Shown: one piece after another, positions 8,852-18,013 of the stretch
Layout: every line of letters starts with the position of its first letter
How positions within the stretch are numbered: position 1 is the first letter of the stretch
From: Candidatus Heimdallarchaeota archaeon
Lineage (GTDB): Archaea; Asgardarchaeota; Heimdallarchaeia; Heimdallarchaeales; Kariarchaeaceae
Assembly (NCBI GenBank): GCA_015523565.1
Contig: WAKA01000177.1
Location: forward strand, 1-48,773
Direction of reading: 5' to 3'
Length of the DNA stretch: 48,773 nt
Notes under the pieces: model-generated
The model's database searches: none
Told to the model about the DNA's origin: nothing
The model's input: the letters and a program-made list of their open reading frames with translations, nothing else
Program-made: the position numbers and the translations under genes

Positions 8852-11800
8852 AGAAAATCGTTGTTTTGTTGATTGCACTAATGTTTTTTGGTCAGATAAT
8901 TATTCCAAATTCAACATCTCAGAACAAAGTATCCCACGATGTCATTGTCAACAAAAACTTCAATATAAGAAAAGTGACATCTCCTCCACAAAAAAATGAG
9001 CTTTCTACTGTTGTAGAAAAAACAATTCTGGAAAATAGGCAAAAATTCCATACTGGCGATAAATTCTCTCCTCATCAAAAAGAAAATCCAGAAGTGCCCG
9101 TGTCCATCAAAGCAACAGTTCAAAAGGATTATTCCGTCAAAGTAGGGGATACCTTGACAATTAATGGAGTTTTGAAAAGTGGAAGTGTGCCTTGGGCAAA
9201 TGAACAGGTCGTCTTAATGCGGGAAGGATACGCAAACCTTACTGATATAACAGATGCCAATGGAAACTACAAATTTAGTTTCAGCTATACACTGTCAGAT
9301 ATTGGTAGACATAACTATACTGTATATTTCCCTGGTAATCCATCCCTATTGAGGCAGGAGGGGGTTCTTCAAGAGGGTGTCATATCTGTTACGGAAACAA
9401 TTACCATGAAAGCTTTTACAGATCAAGGTACGTCTGCCCAAACTGTAACTCCAAATTTCCCCTACAATGTTATAGTTACATTCGAATTTTCTGATGGAAC
9501 TCCCTTTGATCCTACAACTGCATCATTCGAAAATGAATCAAACATTGCCTATGATTTTTCAATCTTGAAAATTGACGTGATTGAGACTTACCAGGACACA
9601 GGTGGTGGAACACCCGATACAACAACAGCCCTCAATCTTGTAGATCAACCTGTCACAGGTAGCACTTTGACTTATTCCAGTAATACTGGAAATCAAATCT
9701 CTTCAATGGATATAAAATTAAGTGTGACTCTAAAGAATTATCTGGAATTTGCAGATATCTTATCTTTCAAATCGGAAAGTGATAATACTCAACCAGTTGT
9801 CGCAAATAAATTAATCCTGCAAATCGATATTAACTATGTCTTTACAGCCCAATTCCTTATTGACGGTGCAAATTTGATTGATGGATCAAGGCAATATAGA
9901 CAAGGGCAAAACGTCACTGTTGCAGGAACACTTTCAAATGCAGTTTTGGGCATTGAATATGTCCGCGGAGTTGGGTATACATACACACTGACTTATGGAA
10001 CGCAAACCTTGGTAACTAAAACTGGAAAAACAGATACAAATGGCAAGCTAAAGGAAACATTTTATTTGAACAAGACTGTATTCAATGACACCCTGCAATC
10101 CGTGACCATAAGGGTTGACATTGATACCTCAAACAGTACAATAACAAACTTGTCTCCATCTTCCGTATCAAGAAGTTTCTCATTATATGAATATATTGGC
10201 TCTATCACAATTGGTCCATTGCAGGATACTACAACTGTCTTTTCCGAACAAGGTTCACAGTTCCTTGTCAATGGCACTGTTTATGATATAGATGGAAATG
10301 CATCAGCGTCCGCTAAAGTCAAGTTTTCTATTCTTGATTCTACAAATGCCTTGATTCCAAACTTTGCCCCCACTGCAACAACAAATGGGACAGGATTTTT
10401 TGAGAAAACAATAACTTTACCTTCAATGTCGACTGGAAACGGTACATTCTTCCTTAAGGTCGAGGTAGTCAACGGTACATTCCCAAATGATGTTTGGTAT
10501 ATTCAAAACGCAGTTGAAAAGAGCTACGGCAAGTTCAACTACACTCAGGGGGCAACAATGACTATTCAAAATCTCCGAGGAAAAACCCTGATCGATGGGA
10601 ATATAAGCAGGGTTTTCAATGATTCCTTTGCTAAATTATTACAGCAGAACCCCAGTTACACAATTAACGTGATTGATATATTTGGTCGTGCACCTTATGG
10701 AATGACTGTTCAACTAATTGAGAATTATCTTGCAGTTAGTGCCAGTTCATCATCATTGGTTTATACAATTAATAGTTCAAACAACGGTGTTTTTGTCGTC
10801 AAAATCAATGATTTCAGCAAATTACTTGATCCAAATGGTCCAAACGGAAATCGTTTAACAAATCATCCTGACACCTTTAGGTATGATATAATTCTGAAAT
10901 CATCAAAAGGATCAACAGTGCAAACTCTCTCTGAAAGTTATCAGCTTTATGGCCCTGACGAATCACCCCCTACATTAAATCCAAATTCATTGACAGTTAC
11001 TGGTAATGACGGTACTAGTGGGTCTGATATTGTCGTTTCAATTGCATTGCAGGATCCAACCCAAGTCCACAATATTCGCAACGTAACCATATTCTATAGG
11101 TTAAGCCTGAATAAGAATGTAAATGATACTACCCCTGATTTTGGTAGTCAACCATTTATTGCAAGAGCAATGACCAATGATACGGCAAATAACCGCTTTA
11201 CCTTTACATTCCTGTATAATTCCTCCCAAAATGGTATTTGGATTGAATTTTATTTCATTGCATATGACCTTGCCGGAAATGGATTGGACGTAAATGGCGT
11301 CACAATAAGACCTCCTGCTTATGATCCTAATTATACCCTCTCCTATGACATTCGGACAAACCCTTCGTGGACTGACCAAATTGTTCGGATGGGTGATCTC
11401 TCTATTAGTGACATAAATCTTGGAACTGGAATAGAAGTGAATGGAACTCAATTGGGTGCATTTGACGGTGCCATTGCAAATGGAAGTCAGTTGATTATCA
11501 TCTTTAATGCCCCTGACCCAGATATAGAAAAGGTCTTCTTAATTTATAGGACTCGAAGCGTAGATCCAATAACTTTGGAAGCTGGTGATTGGTCTGACAA
11601 TATCACTGTTGAAATGCTGAAAATGACTGGAAATAGATGGAATTATACTTTTTCAGGAGATTTGTTGGTTTGGGGTATTGAGCTTGATTATAGATTCGCC
11701 TATAGGGACATTTACGGGAACGCAAAAGAAACCTCTTTTGTCAGTACAGAATTCTCTGGATCCACTACCAGAAGAAATCCAATTGTTGTGGATTCTGATG

Positions 11801-12846
11801 CACCAACTGCTACAGCCGTTGTGCATAAAAGTCCCTATAATGAAACATATCCAATAGCAGGAAGAAATGGAAACAATGGAACCTTCTATGAAATTTGGAA
11901 TAATGAAACATTGACCATTGCGTTTAATCTTACAGACGGATCGTCAGGTTCTGGTGTTGCAAATGTAACCTTCTTCATTACCTATTATTTCGCAAACGGG
12001 TCCGTTTACAAAGTCATTAACCAGACAGTCTTTACCTCAAAAATATTTGGCGAAGGTCAGGATGTCCAAATTACATTTGACATTCCAACTGATTTCTATG
12101 TCATAAACGGCTCATTTACATGGTATGCAAATGCAACAGACAAATTTGGAAATGTGCTTCTAATTAATCAAAATGGTATCAACTATATTATCAGAGAACC
12201 ACCGAAACCTCCATTACCTCCTGACCAAACAATCCTCACCTCCAATATCGTCACAACAATAAACGGTTCTGAAGTGACCTTGACAACTTCGGTAACTGTT
12301 CCTCTGACAAATGCCACCCAAGCAGAATCTGGATCTGATTACAGAGGATTGATTATCTTCACTGGATTCATATTCGGTCTCTTTGCATTGGTTTTATATT
12401 ATAAACGGCATACCCTAATTGAATACATTAAACGAAGAAACCGTGCAAGGCTTCTTCAATCTCGTTTACAAGATATCTCCGATGACATTGCCAGATTAGC
12501 AAAAGACGGGAACTATAAGGAAGCGGTTCTCTTAATCTGGCAGGCATTTGAAAGAGCTTGTAGGGAAGCATTACAGGCTCCCAGAAAATACAATATGACT
12601 GTTCGAATGTATACTGATTACATTGGAACTATTACACTTGTTGATCCCCTTGTCCTTACCACTTTGGCTCATGTGTTTGAGAAAGCAAGGTATGGGAACG
12701 AGGAGATCACTGAAGACGACTTCAAAGAGGCATTCAATGCCTTGGAAGTCACTATTCAAACTTTGATTGCCACTGGCGCAAAAAGAATAGTCCTCGAAGA
12801 CGAGGACGAAGATTTCGACATCGATATCGATATCGAAGAAGAATGA
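8848..12846 (+). CDS. Large surface glycoprotein: signal peptide, multiple Ig-like domains, TM, cytoplasmic DUF4129-like domain, acidic tail
   Basis: N-terminal signal; many N-x-S/T sequons; Ig-like repeats ending YFIAYDLAGN / YRFAYRDIYGN / WYANATDKFGN; TM GLIIFTGFIFGLFALVLYY; DUF4129-like TVRMY...FEKARYG..EIT; ATGA overlap with the upstream gene. Confidence 0.8.
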   Translation: MKKIVVLLIALMFFGQIIIPNSTSQNKVSHDVIVNKNFNIRKVTSPPQKNELSTVVEKTILENRQKFHTGDKFSPHQKENPEVPVSIKATVQKDYSVKVGDTLTINGVLKSGSVPWANEQVVLMREGYANLTDITDANGNYKFSFSYTLSDIGRHNYTVYFPGNPSLLRQEGVLQEGVISVTETITMKAFTDQGTSAQTVTPNFPYNVIVTFEFSDGTPFDPTTASFENESNIAYDFSILKIDVIETYQDTGGGTPDTTTALNLVDQPVTGSTLTYSSNTGNQISSMDIKLSVTLKNYLEFADILSFKSESDNTQPVVANKLILQIDINYVFTAQFLIDGANLIDGSRQYRQGQNVTVAGTLSNAVLGIEYVRGVGYTYTLTYGTQTLVTKTGKTDTNGKLKETFYLNKTVFNDTLQSVTIRVDIDTSNSTITNLSPSSVSRSFSLYEYIGSITIGPLQDTTTVFSEQGSQFLVNGTVYDIDGNASASAKVKFSILDSTNALIPNFAPTATTNGTGFFEKTITLPSMSTGNGTFFLKVEVVNGTFPNDVWYIQNAVEKSYGKFNYTQGATMTIQNLRGKTLIDGNISRVFNDSFAKLLQQNPSYTINVIDIFGRAPYGMTVQLIENYLAVSASSSSLVYTINSSNNGVFVVKINDFSKLLDPNGPNGNRLTNHPDTFRYDIILKSSKGSTVQTLSESYQLYGPDESPPTLNPNSLTVTGNDGTSGSDIVVSIALQDPTQVHNIRNVTIFYRLSLNKNVNDTTPDFGSQPFIARAMTNDTANNRFTFTFLYNSSQNGIWIEFYFIAYDLAGNGLDVNGVTIRPPAYDPNYTLSYDIRTNPSWTDQIVRMGDLSISDINLGTGIEVNGTQLGAFDGAIANGSQLIIIFNAPDPDIEKVFLIYRTRSVDPITLEAGDWSDNITVEMLKMTGNRWNYTFSGDLLVWGIELDYRFAYRDIYGNAKETSFVSTEFSGSTTRRNPIVVDSDAPTATAVVHKSPYNETYPIAGRNGNNGTFYEIWNNETLTIAFNLTDGSSGSGVANVTFFITYYFANGSVYKVINQTVFTSKIFGEGQDVQITFDIPTDFYVINGSFTWYANATDKFGNVLLINQNGINYIIREPPKPPLPPDQTILTSNIVTTINGSEVTLTTSVTVPLTNATQAESGSDYRGLIIFTGFIFGLFALVLYYKRHTLIEYIKRRNRARLLQSRLQDISDDIARLAKDGNYKEAVLLIWQAFERACREALQAPRKYNMTVRMYTDYIGTITLVDPLVLTTLAHVFEKARYGNEEITEDDFKEAFNALEVTIQTLIATGAKRIVLEDEDEDFDIDIDIEEE

Positions 12847-12861
12847 AAGGAGCGATAAAAA

Positions 12862-13347
12862 ATGGGAATAATAGATTTCATAAAATCACTTTTCAGCAAT
12901 GAGAAAAAAATGAAGCAACGGCAAGTTCAGACTGCCATGGACGCCGTAAAACAGGCGGCTCAATCTGGAAATTACAATGAAGCATCTATCAAGGCATTCT
13001 ATGCCTTCCAAACAATTGGCGAAGTATACCTCGAAAAACCAAGGGAAAACGCACAAACTGTCCGTGAGTATATTTCCCTAGTCTTGGAAGAAGTCAAGGT
13101 TCCTCGCGAGGAGGTAATGCCTTTAGCATATGCTTTTGAGATTGCAAAATACAGCCCAAATGACGTAACCGCCGATCAGTTCATGAAAGCGGATGAGGCC
13201 TTGAAACTGTTTGAAAGCAGAGCAATGGGTCATGCAGACGGTAAAGGAAAGAAAGGTGGCGGTGCCAAGAAACAGAGGGCAAGGAAACGAGCAGCTCCTC
13301 GAAAACGAACAAGAAGAACAGGAAGGCGACAGCAGCGTGGTAACTGA
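12862..13347 (+). CDS. Stand-alone DUF4129-like protein with Arg/Lys-rich C-terminal tail
   Basis: QTVREY...FEIAKYS..DVT mirrors the C-terminal domain of the upstream protein; tail KGKKGGGAKKQRARKRAAPRKRTRRTGRRQQRGN; AGGAG RBS. Confidence 0.75.
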   Translation: MGIIDFIKSLFSNEKKMKQRQVQTAMDAVKQAAQSGNYNEASIKAFYAFQTIGEVYLEKPRENAQTVREYISLVLEEVKVPREEVMPLAYAFEIAKYSPNDVTADQFMKADEALKLFESRAMGHADGKGKKGGGAKKQRARKRAAPRKRTRRTGRRQQRGN

Positions 13348-15115
13348 TAGAGCTCGAAAGGCATTCGGATGGATGCAGATACTGGCCTTGACATTCATTT
13401 TCGTTGTCGGAGTGGCACCCATTTTCCTCGCTTATGTTGGGGAAAGCAATGAGGCTTTCTCAATCTACAATAATGGTGCTGATGGACTTTCCATTTTCCG
13501 GAATGAACTTGAATTGGCCACTTTCGACTCTGGAGGTCAAAAATACAATGTAAGTAACCTCGTGAGCAATTTAAATGCTTTAAACCGTTTCAATGACAGC
13601 GGTGTTCTCATGGTCATCGGACCATCCGCAAAATACGACCAAACAGAATTCTTTTCACTCCTGCTTTTCCTGTTGCGGGGTGGAAGCTTGGTCATTGCTG
13701 ATGATTTTGGAACTGGAAACGAAATTCTGGAACCGTTGTTCAAGGCTTTTGAATCATATGATTCTCTTGTGGAAACTCTAAATGAAACTGCGGGCATTCA
13801 AATCCCCACATTCAATGAATTCCTGCAAAATTTCACCTCTTCAGATGCAGGTAGTCAAGAAGCGGATGCTTTAAGCGGTACTGGTGTGGGAGGACAACAA
13901 ATTCCTGGCGTTGATCTGGGAGGAACTACCCAATCCCTTGCCAATGGTCTTTTCAATCTAATCGGCAACGTATTGAAACGGTTTGGATTTAATGGTTCTG
14001 TACTTATGGATGTTGGAAGCAATAACCAAAATCCAAACAGACCTGTGATTGTTGACGTGGATGAAACAAATACCCCCTATCGAATGACGGAAGGAGTCCA
14101 AAAAATCCAAACAGAAATGCCCACTATTATCTCATTGCAACTGAATGTTTCTGTTGAGGTGACAGATCCCGATACTGGTGAAGTCAAACAAGTCCAAAAA
14201 ACTGTTTGGCAACCTTTAAGTCGACTCTCCCTCTCTCAAATCGCAGGCGGAAGTTTAGGGCAAGCTGTGCCTGAGTTGGACACATTTAGGCAACTGGATT
14301 TCTTGTTCCCACTTTACTCCTCCAAGCAGTCTTGGATTGAAACAGACATCAAGGCCGCTGCGGATAATACCGCACAACCTGATGTGACTGAATGGGGAAA
14401 CGAAGCATTCAGCCTTGCTTTGACCCTACCAATCTTCCCTGGTGGCGGAAAGATTGTTTTTATTGCCGATCCCAGTATTTTCATTAATAGATGGACAACA
14501 AAGGTTACGGAAAATGACAATCTGCAATTCGCAATGAACGTTGTTGAAATGGTCACTCGACATTTGGAGGAAAATGGAAAGCCAATTCCTGTAATCTTTG
14601 ATTTTGGTCATACATATCAAGCATTGACTTCCCCTGCACTTTACTCAACAGCTTTACTGAAGCTTTTGGCAAACCTCAGCATGTTCCCGCTTCTCGCTCC
14701 TTTCGTTCCATTTACTGCCTATAGCTTCGGTAAACTTGTCATCCCACAATCCAGAAGACTTCGCCCTATCCTCCTCACAAAACGCAGAGGTGAAAAAGGG
14801 GCTTCCCAATTCGAACAGAAACTACAGGAAATCAAGGAAGCAGGTACTTATGGAGAGCCAATCAAGCATCTTGTAAATAAATTGGTTAGAACCGTTCAGT
14901 CTGACGCACGTTTCACGGGTCGATTTGCAAGAGATCCGAAAGAAATGGCTGATTTCTTTGTTTCCAATTTTCCAAGCGAATTCAATAGGAGAGAATTGAC
15001 AAGAAACCTAAAAACACTTTTCAAAATCGCTGAAAATCCTGCAAGGAGAATGACAATGGTTCAAGCAAAGGTATATTTTGCTCTCCTGAAGAAATTACTT
15101 TCCTATGTCACATGA
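13337..15115 (+). CDS. DUF4350-like membrane protein
   Basis: N-terminal TM; FSIYNNGADGLS, LMVIGPSAKY, GGSLVIADDFGTGNEIL, GKIVFIADPSIFIN, VIFDFGH; second hydrophobic segment and helical tail. Start moved to in-frame GTG 13337, overlapping the upstream stop (ORF track gives 13211). Confidence 0.75.
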   Translation: MVTDRARKAFGWMQILALTFIFVVGVAPIFLAYVGESNEAFSIYNNGADGLSIFRNELELATFDSGGQKYNVSNLVSNLNALNRFNDSGVLMVIGPSAKYDQTEFFSLLLFLLRGGSLVIADDFGTGNEILEPLFKAFESYDSLVETLNETAGIQIPTFNEFLQNFTSSDAGSQEADALSGTGVGGQQIPGVDLGGTTQSLANGLFNLIGNVLKRFGFNGSVLMDVGSNNQNPNRPVIVDVDETNTPYRMTEGVQKIQTEMPTIISLQLNVSVEVTDPDTGEVKQVQKTVWQPLSRLSLSQIAGGSLGQAVPELDTFRQLDFLFPLYSSKQSWIETDIKAAADNTAQPDVTEWGNEAFSLALTLPIFPGGGKIVFIADPSIFINRWTTKVTENDNLQFAMNVVEMVTRHLEENGKPIPVIFDFGHTYQALTSPALYSTALLKLLANLSMFPLLAPFVPFTAYSFGKLVIPQSRRLRPILLTKRRGEKGASQFEQKLQEIKEAGTYGEPIKHLVNKLVRTVQSDARFTGRFARDPKEMADFFVSNFPSEFNRRELTRNLKTLFKIAENPARRMTMVQAKVYFALLKKLLSYVT

Positions 15116-15151
15116 AACAATCATATCTAATAAATTAAAGAAATTTTATCT

Positions 15152-15718
15152 TTGGTTGTGTCAGACTTAATCAACAAGTACAGTCAAATCATTAGGGAAT
15201 TACTTATTGACTTGGGAATTACTAATAAGGAAGTACTGGAAAATACTCCAAAAAGATGGATTAAATTCTTGGAATCCTATTCAAAACCCCTGAAAAATGA
15301 TTTCAATGACTTTAAAACATTTCCTAATGCATCCGATGATATGGTTATAGCAGAAACCCACTTTTGGTCGATTTGTGAGCACCATCTCCTCCCATTTTTC
15401 GGAAAAGTATACTTCGGCTATATTCCAGACCAAAAAGTACTTGGAATTAGCAAAATTGTAAGATATATTCAATATACCTCAAAACAGCCATCCATCCAGG
15501 AAGAACTTACACAAAAAATTGCAGATACACTTTTTGAAAAGTCCAATGCAAAGGGGGCAATGGTATTGATCAAAGCATTTCATACATGTGTGGCTTCCAG
15601 ATATAGCAATGGTTGGATGACCACGTCTGCAATCAGGGGCATGTTCAGGGAGAACAAGACTCTAAAAAATGAGTTTCTCTCTTTGGTACATCAATCAAAA
15701 TTTGAAATGCTCGAATAG
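15152..15718 (+). CDS. folE: GTP cyclohydrolase I (FolE, type IA)
   Basis: ENTPKR, SICEHHLLPFFG, GISKIVR, IQEELT, HTC zinc ligand; TTG start. Confidence 0.92.
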   Translation: MVVSDLINKYSQIIRELLIDLGITNKEVLENTPKRWIKFLESYSKPLKNDFNDFKTFPNASDDMVIAETHFWSICEHHLLPFFGKVYFGYIPDQKVLGISKIVRYIQYTSKQPSIQEELTQKIADTLFEKSNAKGAMVLIKAFHTCVASRYSNGWMTTSAIRGMFRENKTLKNEFLSLVHQSKFEMLE

Positions 15719-15770
15719 TATGGTTTGGAAGTCCTTTTATTTGATATGGACTATTTCATTAACGAGACAA

Positions 15771-16610
15771 ATGAAACTCTTGCAATTGTCAATCCTTCTT
15801 TTTCTTCTTGCCCTATCAACATTCGTTAATGGTCAGCAATCCACCACCTTGTGGCCTGCGGGAATAGACTATACCTTGACTTATGCAGAAGACTTGAACA
15901 TTGAATTCTTCAATGCTTCTCTTTCACAGAAGAATTTGCCCATAGTTTTCAATGTCACTGAACTTAACAACACTGGCTACAAATATTTCCTGCAAGGGAA
16001 TGTGTCAAATGAATACAGTGTGAAAATGGACATTATACAAATTCCAAATCTCGGTGCCTTTGAAATTCCTGTTGGAGATTTGCCACTGTTTCTCCCATTG
16101 TCATTCAATGGAAAGGAGGATTGGATGGACTCATTTGGTTCCCAATTGCAAATACTCGGTGGATTCATTAATAATCTCAATAACAGCATTATTGTTGGAT
16201 CAAACATTACAATTACAAATGAGGAGATTATCTTTGCACTGTCTGCCTCATTTGACAATATCTCTTTTATAAATATCAATCAAAATTTCGAGAACTATTT
16301 ACAATTTTTGCCTTTAGATATATTTACAAACCAAAATTATACCCTGTTTAAGGCATCTGTTTTTACAAACTTCACTTATTCAAAAAGCTCTGGCATTCTG
16401 CAAAGCTTTGAGGTGAAAATTACATCTGCAAACGTGACAGATCTCTTGACCAATTATTCAAATCCATTGATCTATCAGGCACTTACCTTTGTCGCAGTTC
16501 TCCCTCCATTTGGCTCTTCAGGTCTATTTGACTCACCACTTCCAGTTTTACCCATGGTCTTTATTCTTCTTGTACTCACAAGAAGATTAAGGAAGAAATC
16601 TCTTTTCTAA
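15771..16610 (+). CDS. Secreted glycoprotein with C-terminal membrane anchor / putative sorting signal
   Basis: From ATG 15771, MKLLQLSILLFLLALSTFVNG is a signal peptide; numerous sequons; C-terminus SPLPVLPMVFILLVLTRRLRKK (motif, TM, basic cluster). Confidence 0.7.
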   Translation: MKLLQLSILLFLLALSTFVNGQQSTTLWPAGIDYTLTYAEDLNIEFFNASLSQKNLPIVFNVTELNNTGYKYFLQGNVSNEYSVKMDIIQIPNLGAFEIPVGDLPLFLPLSFNGKEDWMDSFGSQLQILGGFINNLNNSIIVGSNITITNEEIIFALSASFDNISFININQNFENYLQFLPLDIFTNQNYTLFKASVFTNFTYSKSSGILQSFEVKITSANVTDLLTNYSNPLIYQALTFVAVLPPFGSSGLFDSPLPVLPMVFILLVLTRRLRKKSLF

Positions 16611-17876
16611 ACTTGAAACTTCCGCATCAGATAAATTAAGTGCATCCTTCAAGTTCTTGACTTCTTCAAGGAATTTCTTTCTAATATCCTTGTTTTTGCA
16701 TCTAGGTAAAAGGTCAACACCTTTTTGATACGTTTGCTTTCCACTTGAAAGCGTCACTGACAAAATTGAAAGTAGGGCACACCAATCCTTCTTTTTCCTA
16801 AATATGTCCATCGCATAGTCCATCACTTGATCCTTTATTTTCGTTTTCATGGATATCTGATCCGTTATCATCGGCAAAAGATTTTTGTAAAGGGGGTCTT
16901 CCTTATCAAACTGGTTCATTATTTTCAATGTCATTTCAATTTCGTCCCAACTTAGCTCTGTGGATTGCTGTTCCTCCAATGTTCTCTTTAAATTCTTCCC
17001 AAATGCACGTTCAACCAAAACATTTGATCCCACTAACCTATCAATCTCATTCCGAAGGGTATCTTTTGTAGAATTTTGCCATTTTCCAAGGTCTCTCCAT
17101 GTAAACTCATGACTCAAAATTACTTTGAATACGTCATTAAATCCATTTGCATCTTCACTGTTTATGACACATTGCTCCAATAACATTGCTTTCTGTTCCC
17201 TTTCCAATTCAATGTAATTAAATCCATTCAATACCAAGGAATTTGACAACTTTTTGTTTTTTGACTTCTCAAGAAATGAGCTTAGATCATTGAACAGCTT
17301 TTTTCCACCTTTCATCGTTATTTTGTTGAATTTAATGATGGTGTTGTATCTCTCTTGTTTTTCCTTGTCTTTGATTTTTTTTGACGCCTTCTCTAATTTT
17401 TTAACTAAGTTGAGATCTGCTTCCCTTGTCAATTGCAAAATATTTAGGTACAGCTGACCTATGTTTAATGCTTCATCATGTCTTTTTATTTTCAAGAATC
17501 CCTCTATTGCAGATTTATAATATATTTTCGAATTTTGTAGATCATTTTTGGCTAAATAGATTTTCCCAATTTTCTGATTTATTGCAGAAATTAGGGAAAG
17601 GCTTTTTTCATTCACCTCCACTCTGTCCAGAATATATTGAAAACTGCCCAACGCCTTATCCAATTCATTTAAGTGGAAATAACATTCTCCTTCAGATACT
17701 TTCAAAAAAAAGAAGTTGTTGATTGTTTCAGCATCATGCTTCTGTTTTGCAATTGTCGACTGGAGTCGGTTCAATGATTTCTTGATCTTTTTTAAGGCAG
17801 ACCTGTAATCTCCGATTTCAAAATCAGATTGGATTGATTCCAATTTTAAGTCAATGTCCTTGCCTTTTTTTCCCAT
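16587..17876 (-). CDS. TPR-like alpha-helical repeat protein
   Basis: TPR-like GECYFHLNELDKALGSFQYIL and IGKIYLAKNDLQNSKIYYKSAIE; long ORF. Confidence 0.7.
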   Translation of the reverse strand: MGKKGKDIDLKLESIQSDFEIGDYRSALKKIKKSLNRLQSTIAKQKHDAETINNFFFLKVSEGECYFHLNELDKALGSFQYILDRVEVNEKSLSLISAINQKIGKIYLAKNDLQNSKIYYKSAIEGFLKIKRHDEALNIGQLYLNILQLTREADLNLVKKLEKASKKIKDKEKQERYNTIIKFNKITMKGGKKLFNDLSSFLEKSKNKKLSNSLVLNGFNYIELEREQKAMLLEQCVINSEDANGFNDVFKVILSHEFTWRDLGKWQNSTKDTLRNEIDRLVGSNVLVERAFGKNLKRTLEEQQSTELSWDEIEMTLKIMNQFDKEDPLYKNLLPMITDQISMKTKIKDQVMDYAMDIFRKKKDWCALLSILSVTLSSGKQTYQKGVDLLPRCKNKDIRKKFLEEVKNLKDALNLSDAEVSSLEKRFLP

Positions 17877-18013
17877 GTCTATTTCCTTATAGTTTTCCTT
17901 GCTTTTATCCCTTTAGGAACTGCTTTTTTCAAACCCTGTGTTTTTTACTTTGTCTTCATCCCCGCACTGTTCCAAATTTAAATATAGGTGATTGACCAAA
18001 TTGGGTTGCTAGC

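Noticed and set aside
13211-13336. Long overlap between the DUF4129 and DUF4350 genes as dual coding
   Set aside because: Explained by an over-extended ORF call; GTG 13337 gives a normal short overlap and an N-terminal TM.
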